Origin: Candidatus Woesearchaeota archaeon
Lineage (GTDB): Archaea > Nanobdellota > Nanobdellia > Woesearchaeales > ARS49
Assembly: GCA_038850615.1 (NCBI GenBank)
Contig: JAWCLR010000001.1
Location: 93,053 to 133,248 of the forward strand
DNA length: 40,196 nucleotides
Direction of reading: 5' to 3'
The notes under the pieces are model-generated. The model was not told the DNA's origin. It saw nothing but the letters and a program-made list of their open reading frames with translations, and ran no database searches. Positions 37,300 to 40,196 of the stretch are shown here, piece by piece. A program made the translations under genes and the position numbers. Within the stretch, counting starts at the first letter, position 1. The number at the start of each line of letters is the position of its first letter.

Positions 37300-38359
37300 G
37301 CTTCAGTTCAACTGGATATTTATCCTGATAGCAGGCGCCATAATCCTTGCATTCTTTTTTAGCGTGGTGCAGAAACAGCGCGCCCTGAACGAAGAGCGGC
37401 TTTCACTGACGCTTTCTGCGCAGATGGATGCTGTTTTTGCGGGCGCGATTGAAAGCAAGGGCACAACCCAGGCAAACCTCGCAGTTCCGCGCTCCGGAAT
37501 CACGTTCTCGTGCACCAGCTTCTGCACCTGCAAGTATTATATCGGCAAAGCAACGACTGATTTCGGGGACAAGCTGCTTTTTGCTCCTGCATCAATAAAG
37601 GGGCAAAACGCCATAGCAAGCGCGGTTGAGTGGAAGTTCCCTTTCAGGATTGCAAATTTTTTGGTGCTCACAAGCCCTGCAATAAAATATTTCATAATTT
37701 ACGACAGCAGCAACCAACCATCTGTCCAGCTTTTCCGCCACGTCAACAAAATACTGCCGAGGGAAATCAGCCAGCAAACATTTTCCTCAGTATCTGCTGC
37801 ATATGAGGTTGCGCCAGAGGGCTACGACCACACAAGGTTTGTCTTCCTTGGTACCACAGAACCAGACCTTGGAAGGCTTAACCCGCAGTTTATGGAAGAA
37901 GACGTTTCGGGAGTTTGGATTGACCAGGACTTTTCAAAGGTGATATTTTACGAAAAAACAAGTGAGGGCACGCTCGACTTCAGTCGCTACCCGTCCTTGC
38001 TTGCCGGCGATGCGACAGCACTGGCTGCAGTGTTTGCAGCAGACCATGACATGTATAACTGTGTCATGAGGAATGCATTTGACAAGCTCAGCATTGTTGC
38101 AGCGGTTCAGGCTGCGCGGGCAAAAGCGCTCAAGACAGCAATGGAGGTAGAGGACAGGGTTGGCTGCAGCAGCGCGTACGCTGCCATAACCAGAGAGCTT
38201 GATGATATCGCATTAAAAGCCACAATATTGAAAAAGTCCTTCCCAGAGGGAAAAACGCCTGATGAGGCAGAGGCGCTCCGCAGCCTGATTTCAGTGCAAT
38301 CAAGGTTGCAGCAGCAGAACAAGGACTTGCTGATATCGAGCTGTCCGGAGCTTTACTGA
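37280..38359 (+). CDS. Class III signal peptide (pilin-like) protein, large
   Basis: MSKQG/IELQFNWIFILIAGAIILAFF; C-terminal SSCPELY. Confidence 0.82.
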   Translation: MSKQGIELQFNWIFILIAGAIILAFFFSVVQKQRALNEERLSLTLSAQMDAVFAGAIESKGTTQANLAVPRSGITFSCTSFCTCKYYIGKATTDFGDKLLFAPASIKGQNAIASAVEWKFPFRIANFLVLTSPAIKYFIIYDSSNQPSVQLFRHVNKILPREISQQTFSSVSAAYEVAPEGYDHTRFVFLGTTEPDLGRLNPQFMEEDVSGVWIDQDFSKVIFYEKTSEGTLDFSRYPSLLAGDATALAAVFAADHDMYNCVMRNAFDKLSIVAAVQAARAKALKTAMEVEDRVGCSSAYAAITRELDDIALKATILKKSFPEGKTPDEAEALRSLISVQSRLQQQNKDLLISSCPELY

Positions 38360-38847
38360 TGAAAAAAGCGCAGATAAAGATGTTTGAGACCATTGGCGTG
38401 CTTGTGATATTTTTCTTCCTGCTCGTTTCTGGCGCAGTGTTTTATTTCAAGATGCAGGAGTCTGCATTTCAGAAGGAGCTTGCAAAGCAGGCGCAGCTCA
38501 GAAGCCTTAAGGCGGCACAGCGCGCTGTCTTCTTGCCCGAGCTTGATTGTAGCCTTGTAAGTGTTCAGCGCGAAAACTGCTTTGACAGCATCAAGCTCTC
38601 GGCGCTCAGGGCATTGATTGAAGGCGACCAGCACGTTTATGATGAGTACTTCAGCACCTTCGGCTACTCCAATATCTCTGTGCGCCAAGTTTATCCACCA
38701 AATGATTTTGCAATGACGCTTTATCATCACCCGCCTGATGAGTACAGGCGTGCGCTGCAGTCAAAGCTGCCTGTGCTATTATACGACCCGGTATCAAGGG
38801 ATTACGCCTTTGGGCTGATGGAGGTCACCACGTATGCGCAGGCATAA
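38359..38847 (+). CDS. Class III signal peptide (pilin-like) protein
   Basis: MKKA/QIKMFETIGVLVIFFFLL; LPELDCS...NCFD; PVLLYDP...FG. Confidence 0.87.
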   Translation: MKKAQIKMFETIGVLVIFFFLLVSGAVFYFKMQESAFQKELAKQAQLRSLKAAQRAVFLPELDCSLVSVQRENCFDSIKLSALRALIEGDQHVYDEYFSTFGYSNISVRQVYPPNDFAMTLYHHPPDEYRRALQSKLPVLLYDPVSRDYAFGLMEVTTYAQA

Positions 38848-39310
38848 AGGGCAGATGGAAATAATGGGGCTTGCCATAATCATCATACTTGTCTCCCTTG
38901 GCCTGTTGTTCGCAGTCAGGTGGATGCTTAAGCCGCCTGTTGTTGAGCCACAGCGTGTGGAGGAATCTGTGCTTGCGGCAAACTTCCTAAGCACAATGCT
39001 TGGCACAACCACCGAATGCAACAAGCGGACTGTGCGCGACCTTTTGCAGGACTGCGCACTGACTCAAGGCGTGACAAAATGTGGAGGGCTATCATCATGC
39101 GATTATGCAAAGAAGATAATAGAAATTATGTTGGCAGAGACATTTGGCAAGTGGAAGCTTAATTATTATTTCTCAATAAGGGGCAATGCGCCGGTGATCG
39201 AGGGCATCAAGTTCGGCTCGCCCTGCCCTGGCGCTCGCGAAAAAAAAGAGCATCCTCTTCCAGTAACCCCTACTTTCGAGATCGTTATCTCCCTTGAAAT
39301 CTGCAGGTGA
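38834..39310 (+). CDS. Class III signal peptide (pilin-like) protein
   Basis: MRRHKG/QMEIMGLAIIIILVSLGLLFAV; six Cys. Confidence 0.87.
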   Translation: MRRHKGQMEIMGLAIIIILVSLGLLFAVRWMLKPPVVEPQRVEESVLAANFLSTMLGTTTECNKRTVRDLLQDCALTQGVTKCGGLSSCDYAKKIIEIMLAETFGKWKLNYYFSIRGNAPVIEGIKFGSPCPGAREKKEHPLPVTPTFEIVISLEICR

Positions 39311-39345
39311 AGATTTAAAAAAAAAGCCAGCTACTTAATGATTCT

Positions 39346-40196
39346 ATGAAGTTAGGGGAGAAGGTCAAGAGGTTCTTTCTTAAGCTTGGATTTCGGTACT
39401 TGCCATGGATTGTGTTTGGTACTCTGACGGCACTCATTTTTATTGACATCAAAAAGGAGAGCAATCTTGAAAGGGTTGTTGGAAGTTCGAATACCGATTC
39501 TTGGAACATTTCGCCTGATGCTAAGCGCATAGCGTTCAGCTCAAATAAGCTTAACGTGAAAAGAGATGCTGACGTGTATGTTTCAGGAATGAATGGCGAA
39601 AACATCGAATGCGTAATCGACAGTCCTGATGATGACCGCTTCCAAAGATGGTCTCCTGATAACAGTTCTTTTCTTTTTGGGCGCAAAAACGAACTTTATC
39701 TTTTTGACCTTAGATCACGCCAGGAACAGAAGGTTTCTGAAGGCCCTGTCTATTATGCAAATTTCTCGCCAGATGGTCGCATAATAACATTTTACCAGGA
39801 AGGAACACTGCATTTTTTTGACAGGGAAACACTGCAAACGCACAAATTTCCAAACGCAAAAACAGACTCTTTCATTCCGCAAATCAGATGGAACAACAGA
39901 ACTGCGCTTTTCAAGCATGGCGAAAGGCTTGCGTTGTTCTCGCTTGACAATCCAAAGCTGGAGAGGATTGTGTCAGAGCAGGTTTTGTCATTTGACTGGG
40001 CAGGAAATAATATTGCGTACTTAGCTAAAAGCAACACTTCTGTGCTTCAAATTTTGGATTGCGAATCAAGAAAAACAAGCCAGGTAAGACTCAATTTTCC
40101 TGGTTATGGACTGCTGGGCACTGACGGATTTGTTGCTGTCTTCTCCGAGGACAATCAAGTTTGTGTTGCTGATTGCGCCTCAGGTAGCGTGTCAGA
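39346..40196 (+). CDS. TolB-like (PD40/WD40-like) beta-propeller protein with N-terminal TM anchor; runs off the right edge
   Basis: Absent from the ORF track because it has no stop. Hand translation is open to the end with ISPDAKRIAFSS, RWSPDNS, NFSPDGR repeats. Confidence 0.85.
   Translation, partial: MKLGEKVKRFFLKLGFRYLPWIVFGTLTALIFIDIKKESNLERVVGSSNTDSWNISPDAKRIAFSSNKLNVKRDADVYVSGMNGENIECVIDSPDDDRFQRWSPDNSSFLFGRKNELYLFDLRSRQEQKVSEGPVYYANFSPDGRIITFYQEGTLHFFDRETLQTHKFPNAKTDSFIPQIRWNNRTALFKHGERLALFSLDNPKLERIVSEQVLSFDWAGNNIAYLAKSNTSVLQILDCESRKTSQVRLNFPGYGLLGTDGFVAVFSEDNQVCVADCASGSVS

Overview
Gene-dense archaeal chromosomal segment. The archaeal information-processing genes, BRE/TATA promoters and expanded KKAQ/KRGQ prepilin-like and Cys-rich surface genes suggest a DPANN archaeon, probably Woesearchaeales-like Nanobdellota (inferred, not tested). 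Housekeeping genes: ABC-2 exporter operon, RNase Z, tRNA-splicing endonuclease, FEN-1, Trm5-family methyltransferase, PAN, TyrRS, a CdpB-like PRC barrel, RFC small subunit, pelota, TrmB, PheRS alpha/beta, L34e/L14e, degenerate ThiI, TtuA, a bacterial-type RsuA/RluB pseudouridine synthase and Rpp30. Two uncharacterised cell-surface loci stand out. The first (10.9-16.4 kb) has one class III (prepilin-type) protein plus four paralogues of one Cys-patterned beta-rich family, three of them lipoproteins and one multi-TM anchored. The second (27.4-39.3 kb) is a tightly coupled operon of Cys-rich secreted proteins, a 1692-aa membrane-anchored adhesin and five class III proteins. All gene disruptions seen (homopolymer frameshifts, in-frame stops in tyrS, rfcS and a permease) lie in the first ~10.9 kb, most simply explained as sequencing error. 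No CRISPR, rRNA, tRNA or mobile element was recognised.
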